The notes under the pieces: model-generated | What the model saw: the letters and a program-made list of their open reading frames with translations, nothing else | What the model was told of the DNA's origin: nothing | Databases searched by the model: none | Part shown: in pieces, positions 7,863 through 16,899 of the stretch | Layout of the letters: every line of letters begins with the position of its first letter | Numbering within the stretch: position 1 is the first letter of the stretch | Assembly (NCBI GenBank): GCA_021107915.1 | Contig: JAIORY010000038.1 | Location: 1 to 38,435, forward strand | Source: Bacteroidales bacterium | Lineage (GTDB): Bacteria > Bacteroidota > Bacteroidia > Bacteroidales > JAIORY01 | Length of the DNA stretch: 38,435 nt | Direction: 5' to 3' | Translations under genes and position numbers: made by a program

Positions 7863-8699
7863 ATGATAAAAATAACAGCAGCCGAAGTAAATAAATTAAG
7901 AAAACAAACAGGCGCCGGAATGATGGATTGTAAAAATGCACTTGTTGAAAATGAAGGCGATTTTGATAAAGCAATCGATTATTTAAGAAAAAAAGGACAA
8001 AAAATTGCTTCTAAAAGAGCTGATAAAGAAACTTCTGAAGGAGTTGTTATTGCAAAAACAAATACTGAAAAAAACTTTTCTGTCGTTTTAATAATAAGTT
8101 GTGAAACTGACTTTGTTGCAAAAAACCAAGACTTTATAGATTATGTAAATTCTGTGACAGATGTTGCAATAAAAAACAAACCAAAATCAATTGAAGAACT
8201 TAAAGTTATAGATATTAACGGTAGAACTGTTGAAGAAAGTATTTTGGATCAGGTTGGTAAAATTGGTGAAAAAATGGAATTAGCCGGTTACGATTTTGTG
8301 GATGCAGCCAGAACTTTTGCATATAATCATCAAGGAAATAAACTTGCAACTATCTTAGGTTTAAATAAATCCGATGGTGAAAATATTGACAAAATAGGTA
8401 CAGAACTTGCAATGCAAGTTGCAGCAATGAATCCTATTGCAGTTGATAAGTCTGATGTTCCTCAGAAAATTATTGATAAAGAAATTGAGATTGGAAAAGA
8501 ACAAGCTATCCAAGAAGGCAAACCTGAACAACTTATTGAGAAAATTGCATTAGGAAAACTTAATAAATTTTATAAAGATAACACATTACTTAATCAGGAT
8601 TTTGTAAGAGAAAGCAAAAAAACTGTTCGTCAGTACTTAGCTGAAAATGACAAAGATTTGACAGTTACATCTTTCAAACGATTGATGTTAGGCGCATAA
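7863..8699 (+). CDS. tsf: Translation elongation factor Ts
   Basis: 278 aa. N-terminal UBA-like motif VNKLRKQTGAGMMDCKNAL and the conserved rpsB-tsf order. Confidence 0.95.
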   Translation: MIKITAAEVNKLRKQTGAGMMDCKNALVENEGDFDKAIDYLRKKGQKIASKRADKETSEGVVIAKTNTEKNFSVVLIISCETDFVAKNQDFIDYVNSVTDVAIKNKPKSIEELKVIDINGRTVEESILDQVGKIGEKMELAGYDFVDAARTFAYNHQGNKLATILGLNKSDGENIDKIGTELAMQVAAMNPIAVDKSDVPQKIIDKEIEIGKEQAIQEGKPEQLIEKIALGKLNKFYKDNTLLNQDFVRESKKTVRQYLAENDKDLTVTSFKRLMLGA

Positions 8700-8704
8700 T
8701 ATTA

Positions 8705-8730
8705 GAAGGAAGGAAGGAAGGAAGGAAGGA
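8705..8730. repeat. Tetranucleotide microsatellite (GAAG)x6.5
   Basis: Read directly: GAAGGAAGGAAGGAAGGAAGGAAGGA, between the tsf stop (8697-8699) and the terminator hairpin. Confidence 0.9.
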
Positions 8731-8731
8731 T

Positions 8732-8764
8732 AAAAAAAGAGGGTTTTTAACCCTCTTTTTTTTT
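8732..8764. terminator. Bidirectional rho-independent terminator shared by tsf (+) and yqeY (-)
   Basis: Perfect 14-nt arms AAAAAAAGAGGGTT / AACCCTCTTTTTTT around a TTT loop. An A-tract on one side and a T-tract on the other allow function in both directions. Confidence 0.8.
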
Positions 8765-8766
8765 AA

Positions 8767-9219
8767 TTAAACCAAAAGATTCTTTATTATTTTCGCAATT
8801 GTTTTATTGTCAGCTCGTCCTGCCATCTCTTTAGCTGCCATCCCCATAACTTTCCCCATATCTTTGATACTAGATGCACCGGTTTTTTCAATTATTTGTT
8901 TAATGATATTTACTAATTCATCTTCATTGATTTTTTCGGGCAAGTACTTTTCAATTATTGAGGCCTGAAATAATTCTTCCTCAACTAATTCATTCCTGTC
9001 TTTTGATTGATATATTTTTGCGGATTCTTTTCTTTGCTTAACCAATTTTTGAAGAAGCTTCAATTCTGTATCTTTTGAAATTTCTCCATCAGTAGTGTGT
9101 TTACCTGTCTTTTCTAATAAAAGAGCTGATTTTATTGCTCTCAAAGCTTCAAGTTTCTTTTTGTCTTTAGAAAACATTGCTGCTTTAATATCGTTATTAA
9201 TTATTATTTCTAAACTCAT
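8767..9219 (-). CDS. yqeY: GatB/YqeY domain-containing protein
   Basis: The ORF track starts at a TTG (9231). The ATG at 9219 gives MSLEIIINNDIKAAM..., which is typical of YqeY N-termini. The rest is Lys/Glu-rich and helical. Confidence 0.8.
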   Translation of the reverse strand: MSLEIIINNDIKAAMFSKDKKKLEALRAIKSALLLEKTGKHTTDGEISKDTELKLLQKLVKQRKESAKIYQSKDRNELVEEELFQASIIEKYLPEKINEDELVNIIKQIIEKTGASSIKDMGKVMGMAAKEMAGRADNKTIAKIIKNLLV

Positions 9220-9305
9220 GTTATTATCCAATTTAATTAACTTTAGGCACTTTACGTACTGATTGCAAACCTCATCTGTTTAGAGTCTGTCAATAAAATC
9301 AGTGT

Positions 9306-10904
9306 TTAATCTACATTATCGTGCAAATACGAGTTATTTGATTTAATACTTGCATCTTTCTTTTCGTCACTATCCGAAAGTGAATATCTCGATATTTCCG
9401 AATCTGATGAAGTATCCTTGCTAATATTAACTTTCTTTCTCAAATATGCAGGTTCATTTTCAAGTTGTAAAATCCCTTCAGGAGATTTCAGTTTCATACT
9501 TAAAGCTTTTAATCTGTTTATGCGTTCAAGTGCCTTTTGTTCAACGTTTTCTTCATCCAATAATTTATCATCTGATGATTTCTTAAAAGATATGCTTTTT
9601 TGAAGACCATTAAGCTCAATAGTTTCAACTTTATTTTCTTCCTTTGGTTTATTAATTTCAAATTTTACTTCTTCTTCGTGAACCTCATTTTTTACTTCTT
9701 CTTTTTCTTCATCCGAAATAGTTAAGTCAAAAATAAAAGCATTTTCATTTTCCTGTTCAGAAATATTTTCCTTTAATATTGGTCTTGATCCGGAATTACT
9801 GGTTTCAACTTTTTCCTCTTTATTTCTTATCAACTCTATATTCTCTATTCTTTCAATAATTTCTTCTTCTTTTGTATTTTGATCTTTGTCCTCATTTAAA
9901 ATATGAACTTTTTTATTTTTGTTTTTCTCTTGTATTTGATCATTTTTCGATTTAAAACCTGTTGCTATCAAGGAAATACTTATATTATTTTCAAGAGTTT
10001 CGTCAGTCCCATTACCCCAGATTATATCAGCATTTTCGCCTGCTTCATCCTGAATATAATCTGTAATTTCTATTACTTCATCCATTGATATTTCTTCTTT
10101 TCCTGAAGTAATATAAAGCAAAATATTATCAGCTCCCGAAATATTATCATCGTTAAGTAATGGAGAACTAAGTGCTTCCTTAACTGCTTTTGTGGCACGG
10201 TTTTCACCTTCAGCTATAGCTGAACCCATTATTGCTTTACCACTGTCTTTCATTACAGTTTTAACATCTTCAAAGTCAACATTGATATAACCAGCTACTG
10301 TGATGATTTCTGCAATTCCTTTTGCAGCTATTGAAAGAATATTGTCTGCTTTCGAAAAAGCTTCAGAAAGTTTAAGATCGCCATGCATCAGTCTTAGCTT
10401 GTCGTTACTAACTAAAAGAAGAGTATCAACATGTTTTTTTAACTCTTCTATTCCCTCCTCTGCTTGTATTTTTCTTTTTCTGCCTTCAAAAGAAAATGGA
10501 AAAGTAACAATACCTACGGTCAAAATATCTAATTTTCTGGCTGCCTGAGCAATAACAGGAGCAGCACCTGTTCCTGTTCCTCCACCCATTCCGGCAGTAA
10601 TAAACAACATTTTAGTGTTTTTTTCCAGAATTTCCTGTATCTTTTCTATGTTATCTACTGCAGCTTCCCTTCCGACAGATGGAAGTGATCCGGCTCCGAG
10701 ACCTCTGTTTCCAATTTGTATCTTTGTTGGCACCGGACTGGCTTCCAGTGCTTGAGCGTCAGTATTGCAAAGAATAAAATCAACACCTTCAATACCTTGT
10801 TCGTACATGTGGGTAACTGCATTACTTCCCCCTCCTCCAATACCTACAACTTTAATTATTGAAGATTGATTTTTTGGCAAATCGAATTTTATCAGTTCTT
10901 CCAT
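9306..10904 (-). CDS. ftsZ: Cell division GTPase FtsZ with long C-terminal linker and tail
   Basis: Tubulin signature GGGTGTGAAP and VVGIGGGGSNAV. The track start at 10940 is a TTG, so the ATG at 10904 (MEELIKFDLP) is preferred. The conserved C-terminal peptide EPAYLRKK lies at 9432-9455 and is followed by 41 more residues. Confidence 0.95.
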   Translation of the reverse strand: MEELIKFDLPKNQSSIIKVVGIGGGGSNAVTHMYEQGIEGVDFILCNTDAQALEASPVPTKIQIGNRGLGAGSLPSVGREAAVDNIEKIQEILEKNTKMLFITAGMGGGTGTGAAPVIAQAARKLDILTVGIVTFPFSFEGRKRKIQAEEGIEELKKHVDTLLLVSNDKLRLMHGDLKLSEAFSKADNILSIAAKGIAEIITVAGYINVDFEDVKTVMKDSGKAIMGSAIAEGENRATKAVKEALSSPLLNDDNISGADNILLYITSGKEEISMDEVIEITDYIQDEAGENADIIWGNGTDETLENNISISLIATGFKSKNDQIQEKNKNKKVHILNEDKDQNTKEEEIIERIENIELIRNKEEKVETSNSGSRPILKENISEQENENAFIFDLTISDEEKEEVKNEVHEEEVKFEINKPKEENKVETIELNGLQKSISFKKSSDDKLLDEENVEQKALERINRLKALSMKLKSPEGILQLENEPAYLRKKVNISKDTSSDSEISRYSLSDSDEKKDASIKSNNSYLHDNVD

Positions 10905-11089
10905 ATTAATTTTTTGTTTTTTAATTATGATTTTTATCAAAAGATCATAATTAATTGAGTTACAATATTTAAAATTTATTTTTTATTGATAACAAAGGAA
11001 ATTTCCTATTTTCCCTTAAAATTATATTTTAATTTAATTTGATTTATTTATCAAATTATTATTTATTAACAAAATCAATGTTAATTATT

Positions 11090-12394
11090 TTATTCGATTT
11101 CATCTTTTTCAAACCAGGTTTGGATTCGCTCAAGAAAACTAATTGGTTGTTCAATCTTTGCTTCTTTTTCTTTTTTTATCTTGAATTTTATTTTTTTCCG
11201 GTTTGGTTGCATTTTTGTATTTTCTTTTCCCTTTTCAAGATAAAATCTTTTAATACCTTCTATTACAAGCCCTACACCTGTTGAATACATAGGACTGGCA
11301 ATTTCATCAGAAACATCATTTGCAAGATGTTCATTTGGATAACCTATCCTTGTGTCCATTCCTGTAATAAATTCGGTAAGTTGCGAAATATGTTTCAGTT
11401 GTGCACCACCTCCGGTAAGAACTATTCCGGCAATAAGTTTTTTCTCATATCCCGAATTTTTTATTTCATAATAAAAATGTTCAACAATCTCTTCCATGCG
11501 CGCCTGAATAATACTTGCAAGATTTTTAAGAGTAATTTCCTTTGGAGGTCTTCCTCTTAAGCCTGGAATTGCAACTATCTCTTCTTCTTTGTTTTCGCTT
11601 GCCAAAGCAGAACCAAACTTAACTTTCAGTTCTTCGGCATGTTTTTTAATTATTGTACATCCTTCTTTTACATCTTCTGTAATAATATCTCCGCCAAAAG
11701 GAATTACTGCAGTATGTCTTATTATTCCGTCCTGAAAAATTGCCATATCAGTTGTTCCTCCACCAATATCAATCAAAACAACACCTGCTTCTTTTTCTTC
11801 ATCGCTTAGTACTGCTTCTGCCGAAGCAATCGGCTCAAGGATAAGGTCAACAACTTCAAGTCCTGCTTTTCTTACACATTTATAAATGTTTTTTGCAGCA
11901 GTTGTTTGTCCAATGATAATATGAAAATTTGCTTCAAGCGAGTTTCCCAACATACCAACGGGTTGTTTGATACCCTGTTCTCCGTCAATAATATATTCTT
12001 GTGGAATCACATCAATGATTTCTTCTCCGGGGCTCATGTTCAAATTAAACATGCTGTTGTTAAGTGCTTCAATATCTGCTTTACTAATCTCCTCATCATT
12101 GTTTTCGCGAATTATGCTTCCACGATGCTGAAGACTTTTAATGTGCTGCCCTGCAATACCAACATTTACAAATTTTATTTCAACTTTGGATGCAGCACTT
12201 GCTTCTTCTACAACTGTTTTTATTGAATTTACCGTGTTTTCAATATTTGAAACAACACCGCGTTTTACTCCAATCGATTCTGTTTTCCCTAAACCTAATA
12301 CTTCAATCTTTCCTCTTTCATTTTTTCTACCGACAATACTCGCGATCTTTGTTGTTCCAATGTCTAAGCCAACAATTATTTCTGATGTTTCCAT
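11090..12394 (-). CDS. ftsA: Cell division protein FtsA
   Basis: 434 aa with ATG start. Actin-like ATPase motifs VGLDIGTTK and LIDIGGGTTD, and an amphipathic C-terminus (ISFLERIQTWFEK) consistent with a membrane-targeting helix. Confidence 0.95.
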   Translation of the reverse strand: METSEIIVGLDIGTTKIASIVGRKNERGKIEVLGLGKTESIGVKRGVVSNIENTVNSIKTVVEEASAASKVEIKFVNVGIAGQHIKSLQHRGSIIRENNDEEISKADIEALNNSMFNLNMSPGEEIIDVIPQEYIIDGEQGIKQPVGMLGNSLEANFHIIIGQTTAAKNIYKCVRKAGLEVVDLILEPIASAEAVLSDEEKEAGVVLIDIGGGTTDMAIFQDGIIRHTAVIPFGGDIITEDVKEGCTIIKKHAEELKVKFGSALASENKEEEIVAIPGLRGRPPKEITLKNLASIIQARMEEIVEHFYYEIKNSGYEKKLIAGIVLTGGGAQLKHISQLTEFITGMDTRIGYPNEHLANDVSDEIASPMYSTGVGLVIEGIKRFYLEKGKENTKMQPNRKKIKFKIKKEKEAKIEQPISFLERIQTWFEKDEIE

Positions 12395-12437
12395 TGATTA
12401 TTTATATTTTTGTTTAATAATATATTTATTAATGTTC

Positions 12438-13202
12438 CTATTTTGAACATATTACCTGATTAGTATATTTCAAATCAAGAACTTTATATTTTGTTAATTC
12501 ATCATTATTAATTCCGTTTTTATAAAAAGCTATTAGCTTTTTAAATTTTCTTTCCATTTTATTTAAATTACCAAATTTGATAATATGATTTCCTAACTTC
12601 GGTATCAATTCAAATTCATCGGATTCTGTAACATAAATCTGTTCTATTTGTGCATTTAACAACTCATTTTTATGAATAATTTTTGCAATTTTAAAAAGGT
12701 CTTTCAATATTTTATAATTATTTAAATTAGTGTCTTTAACTGTTGCTACCGGTGCATGGATATATCCGTTTGCAATTATTACTCTTGCCGGAGAGCCTTT
12801 GCCGGCTGGCATTACACTTCCATTAATGTCAATATAAATATTTTGATTTTTTGAATTGCTTATCCTGATTATTGGATGTTTTTGAAGAATTTTTACTTTC
12901 AATTTTCCGTCCAACGTAGAATAAATATCTGCTTTTTGAATAATTGGATTTTTATTTAAAACTGTTTCTATTTCCAATATTGGGATGTTTGAAATTTGTT
13001 TTCCCTCAATTGTATCAATTATTTTGTTTATCTGAATTTTTATTTCTTCCTTTGAGATAAGTGGTTCAGAATCATTATAGTCAATTATAATTGAAAATTC
13101 ATCACACTTTATTTTGCTTTGTCTTATACCCATAAAGTAAAGCGCAAAAATGATCCCTGAAATAATGATCAACCAAATTAATATATTAAATACTTTTCTC
13201 AT
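12438..13202 (-). CDS. ftsQ: Cell division protein FtsQ-like (single N-terminal TM plus POTRA-like region)
   Basis: 254 aa with an N-terminal TM (ILIWLIIISGIIFALYF). It sits between murC and ftsA, and its start overlaps the murC 3' end by 17 nt. The call rests mainly on synteny. Confidence 0.65.
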   Translation of the reverse strand: MRKVFNILIWLIIISGIIFALYFMGIRQSKIKCDEFSIIIDYNDSEPLISKEEIKIQINKIIDTIEGKQISNIPILEIETVLNKNPIIQKADIYSTLDGKLKVKILQKHPIIRISNSKNQNIYIDINGSVMPAGKGSPARVIIANGYIHAPVATVKDTNLNNYKILKDLFKIAKIIHKNELLNAQIEQIYVTESDEFELIPKLGNHIIKFGNLNKMERKFKKLIAFYKNGINNDELTKYKVLDLKYTNQVICSK

Positions 13203-14547
13203 ATTCGTCTTTTATACTTTGAACCAATTTATCAATATCGCCAGCACCTAATGTTAACAGCACTTCAATTTTTCTTTTCATTAATTCTTTTATAAGTTCA
13301 TTTTTGTTACATAATATTTTATTTTCAGAATTAATTTTATCCAGCAGCATTTTTGAATCTACTCCATGTATAGGTTTTTCTCTTGCCGGATAAATGTCAA
13401 GTAAAATAATTTCATCAAGCAATTCTAATGATCTTGCAAAATCATCGGCAAAATCTCTTGTCCTGGAATAAAGATGTGGTTGAAATATTCCACATATTTT
13501 TTTATCTGGAAATAATTCCTTTGTTGTACCTATCGTCGATTTGAGTTCTTCCGGATGATGTGCATAGTCATCAATAAAAACAAAATCATCACGATTAATT
13601 TTTATATCGAATCTTCTTTTTACTCCTTTGTACGATTCGAGAGCTTTTTTAATAAAACAAGTTTCTACTCCTAAAAGATGAGCTACTGCCGAAGCTGCAA
13701 CTGCATTTTCAATATTATGTATTCCGGGTATTTTAAATTCTATCTCCCTGATAATATTATTTTCCAAGCTAAGATCAAAAATATATTTCCCATTTTTGAT
13801 ATTGATATTTAAAGCAAAATAATTTACTATTTCATTTGAAGAATAAAGCAGTTTGTCTTTTTTATGACTGAATATTTGTTGAATATTTTTATTAATAATG
13901 AGCTTTCCGGCATTCTTAATGTTACCGGAAAACAAAACAAAAGATTCTTTTAATTTTTCGCCTGAACCATAAATATCAAGATGATCATCATCAACTGACG
14001 AAATAATTGCAATATCAGGATTTAATGTCAAAAATGAGCGGTCGAATTCGTCTGCTTCTGCAATTACAATTTCGCTGTTTTTGTCATTAACAAAATTCGA
14101 ATTGTAATTTTTACTAATCCCTCCCACAAATGCTGTAATCTTTTTATCTGCACATTTCAAAATATGAGTGATTATTGACGAAATGCTGGTTTTTCCATGA
14201 GTTCCGGCCACGGCTATCAAAAACTTCTCATTACAAATCATTCCAAGAATTTCAGAACGTTTTTTAATCATTATATTATTTTCACGGAAATATTTCAATT
14301 CTTCATTTGATGGCGGTATTGCAGGTGTATAAACGACAAGCTCAATATTGATTTTTTTTATCAAATCTATATTTTCATTATAATGAATTTCAATTCCTTC
14401 TTCAATAAGTTTCTGAGTAAGTTCAGTCGGGATTTTATCATATCCGCTTACAAAAATTCCATTTGTATGAAAATACCTTGCTAAAGCACTCATCCCGATA
14501 CCTCCAATTCCAAGGAAATATATATTTTGTAAGTTGTTAAGATTCAT
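13186..14547 (-). CDS. murC: UDP-N-acetylmuramate--L-alanine ligase
   Basis: 453 aa. GIGGIGMSALA N-terminal motif and the Mur ligase P-loop AGTHGKTS. Confidence 0.9.
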   Translation of the reverse strand: MNLNNLQNIYFLGIGGIGMSALARYFHTNGIFVSGYDKIPTELTQKLIEEGIEIHYNENIDLIKKINIELVVYTPAIPPSNEELKYFRENNIMIKKRSEILGMICNEKFLIAVAGTHGKTSISSIITHILKCADKKITAFVGGISKNYNSNFVNDKNSEIVIAEADEFDRSFLTLNPDIAIISSVDDDHLDIYGSGEKLKESFVLFSGNIKNAGKLIINKNIQQIFSHKKDKLLYSSNEIVNYFALNINIKNGKYIFDLSLENNIIREIEFKIPGIHNIENAVAASAVAHLLGVETCFIKKALESYKGVKRRFDIKINRDDFVFIDDYAHHPEELKSTIGTTKELFPDKKICGIFQPHLYSRTRDFADDFARSLELLDEIILLDIYPAREKPIHGVDSKMLLDKINSENKILCNKNELIKELMKRKIEVLLTLGAGDIDKLVQSIKDEYEKSI

Positions 14548-15644
14548 TTTATTAGTTTAATTATTTCATCTGCAATTTGATCATCAGCTTTTATAATTGC
14601 CAATTTTCTAATATTATTTGTCAGTTCTTGTTGTTTTTCTTCGTTTTTGGATAATTCAATTACCGTTTCCACAAGTTTTTCTTTTGCCTTATCATTCTTT
14701 ACAATCAGTGCTGCATCTTGACTTCTTAATGCTAAAGCATTTTTATATTGATGATTTTCAGCGGCTGTTGGTAACGGTACGAATACTGTTGGTTTACCCA
14801 CAGCACAAAGCTCGGAAATTGCAATAGCTCCGGCGCGTGATATTACAATATCTGCACAAGAATATGCATAATCCATTTTTGTTATGAACTCAATAACTTT
14901 TATACCCTCTTTTTCACTTGCAGATAATTTTGCCTTTTCAAAATAAAATTTACCTGTTTGCCATATCAGTTGCAAATTATTATCACTAAATTGATTTATT
15001 TTACTGTCAATGCTTTCATTTATTGCTTTTGCTCCCTGGCTTCCGCCAACAACAAGAATAGTTTTTTTATTTCCCGATAAATTAAAATATTTTAATGCTT
15101 CTTCTTTTTTCCCTTTTGTGATGATTATTTCTTCACGAATTGGATTTCCTGAGAAGATAATTTTTTCCACAGGGAAGAATTTTTCCATATTTTTGTAGGC
15201 AACAAATATTTTATCTACTGATTTTGCAAGCAATTTATTTGTGATTCCGGGAAATGAGTTTTGCTCCTGAATAGCTGTTGGTATATTTTGTCTTGAAGCT
15301 ACCCAAAGTGTAGGCCCGCTGGCGTATCCTCCAACACCGATTACTACATCAGGTTTAAATTCCTTTATTATTTTTTTTGTATTATAAATACTTGATAATA
15401 GTTTTACAGGGAAAAGAAAATTCTTTATTGTCAGCTTGCGTTGCAATCCACTTATCCAAAGTCCTTTGATGGAATATCCCGCCTTAGGAACTTTTTCCAT
15501 TTCCATTCTACCTTTTGCTCCAATAAAAAGTATTTCGAGCTTATCAATTTTTTTCTGCAATGCCTGAGCAATAGCAATAGCAGGGAAAATGTGACCTCCC
15601 GTTCCTCCTCCGCTTATGATTATTTTATACTTGCGCTTCTGCAT
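14544..15644 (-). CDS. murG: Undecaprenyldiphospho-muramoylpentapeptide beta-N-acetylglucosaminyltransferase
   Basis: 366 aa with the GGGTGGHIFPAIAIAQAL motif. It overlaps murC by 4 nt, consistent with translational coupling. Confidence 0.9.
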   Translation of the reverse strand: MQKRKYKIIISGGGTGGHIFPAIAIAQALQKKIDKLEILFIGAKGRMEMEKVPKAGYSIKGLWISGLQRKLTIKNFLFPVKLLSSIYNTKKIIKEFKPDVVIGVGGYASGPTLWVASRQNIPTAIQEQNSFPGITNKLLAKSVDKIFVAYKNMEKFFPVEKIIFSGNPIREEIIITKGKKEEALKYFNLSGNKKTILVVGGSQGAKAINESIDSKINQFSDNNLQLIWQTGKFYFEKAKLSASEKEGIKVIEFITKMDYAYSCADIVISRAGAIAISELCAVGKPTVFVPLPTAAENHQYKNALALRSQDAALIVKNDKAKEKLVETVIELSKNEEKQQELTNNIRKLAIIKADDQIADEIIKLIK

Positions 15645-16794
15645 AATTGCCCTCGTTAGTTTGTTTTTCTTTTCTAACTTCTTTACTTACACTTAAAATT
15701 ATTCCAATCGAAATGCTTGTAAACCAAATTGAAGTTCCTCCCATGCTAACTAATGGTAATGGTTGTCCTGTTACAGGAAGCAGGTCAACAGCTACACCCA
15801 TATTTATCATTGCCTGAAAAACAAGACTAAAACTCACTCCAAATGTTAGAAAAGCCCCAAATTTTCTCGGGGTTTTTGTTATTATTTTTACCGCTCTAAA
15901 AAATAACATCATATATAATAAAACTATTGTTCCACCTCCTACCAAGCCATATTCTTCAACAATAATTGAAAAAATAAAATCGGAATAAGGATGAGGGAGA
16001 AAATTCCTTTGAGTGCTGTTTCCGGGTCCTTTTCCAAATAATCCACCGGAAGCAATTGCTATTTTTGATTGTTCTACCTGATAAACATCTTCTACATCGC
16101 TATTGACAAAATATTCTATCCTATGTTTCCACGTCCATAAACGCCCTTGTTTTTCGCCGGGTAAATTATAAAGAATCAGAAGAAAAATTATCAGTATTCC
16201 TAAACTTATCCCCATAAGGGAAAATAAATATTTTAACTTTACTCTCCCAATAAACATCAGTATTAAAGATGTAGAGAAAAGCATTGCAGCGGTTGAGAAA
16301 TTAGCCGGAAGAATTAAGGCACAAACAATCAAAACAGGCACCATCAAAGGAATAAATGCTGATTTGAAATCTTTAATTTCTTCCTGCTTTTTTGTTAATA
16401 GTCGAGCCAAATACATTATCAAAGTGAGTTTTGCAAGATCGGATGTTTGAAAACTCAAATTAATAATAGGAACTATTATAACTCTTTTTGCTTCGTGTAA
16501 ACTTAAACCAATAATTAATGTTAGTATTAGTAAAGGAACTGCTATATACAAGGCTATTTGGAATATTCTGGAATAATTTGTGTATTTTATCCGGTGTGCA
16601 AAATACATAAGTGCGAAACCAAACATTAAAATTAAAAAGTGTTTAATCATATAGTATTCCGTATTACCTGATTGGTATTTATATGCAAGTGTACCGGTTG
16701 AACTGTAAACTGCAAGTAATGAAGCAATAGACAGGATAATTACTATCAGCCAAATAACTTTATCACCTTTTATGTTTCTTAAAATTCCAGACAT
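15625..16794 (-). CDS. ftsW: FtsW/RodA/SpoVE (SEDS) family protein; ftsW by dcw position
   Basis: 389 aa, polytopic membrane protein. SEDS-like region LPHPYSDFIFSIIVEEYG...PVTGQPLPLVSMGGTS. Confidence 0.85.
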   Translation of the reverse strand: MSGILRNIKGDKVIWLIVIILSIASLLAVYSSTGTLAYKYQSGNTEYYMIKHFLILMFGFALMYFAHRIKYTNYSRIFQIALYIAVPLLILTLIIGLSLHEAKRVIIVPIINLSFQTSDLAKLTLIMYLARLLTKKQEEIKDFKSAFIPLMVPVLIVCALILPANFSTAAMLFSTSLILMFIGRVKLKYLFSLMGISLGILIIFLLILYNLPGEKQGRLWTWKHRIEYFVNSDVEDVYQVEQSKIAIASGGLFGKGPGNSTQRNFLPHPYSDFIFSIIVEEYGLVGGGTIVLLYMMLFFRAVKIITKTPRKFGAFLTFGVSFSLVFQAMINMGVAVDLLPVTGQPLPLVSMGGTSIWFTSISIGIILSVSKEVRKEKQTNEGNYAEAQV

Positions 16795-16899
16795 GATACT
16801 ATTTTACTTATATTTTTACGAATTAGCATTTAAAAATATTTATTCTATTGTTATTTTCATTGAAATACATAAATGATTAACTTAAATAGAACCAATAAA

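Noticed and set aside
10905-10940. 12-residue N-terminal extension of FtsZ (MIKIIIKKQKIN), and similar TTG-initiated extensions of yqeY (to 9231), the acyltransferase (from 25186) and the HlyIII gene (to 38273)
   Set aside because: These longest-ORF starts are TTG codons in AT-rich upstream DNA. In-frame ATGs give N-termini matching the family norm, so they are treated as start-calling artefacts. The HlyIII case remains open.
10941-11089. AT-rich 150-185 bp ftsA-ftsZ spacer as a possible mobile or regulatory element
   Set aside because: I saw no repeats, no TAnnTTTG match and no ORF. An internal ftsZ promoter region is plausible but cannot be supported from sequence alone.
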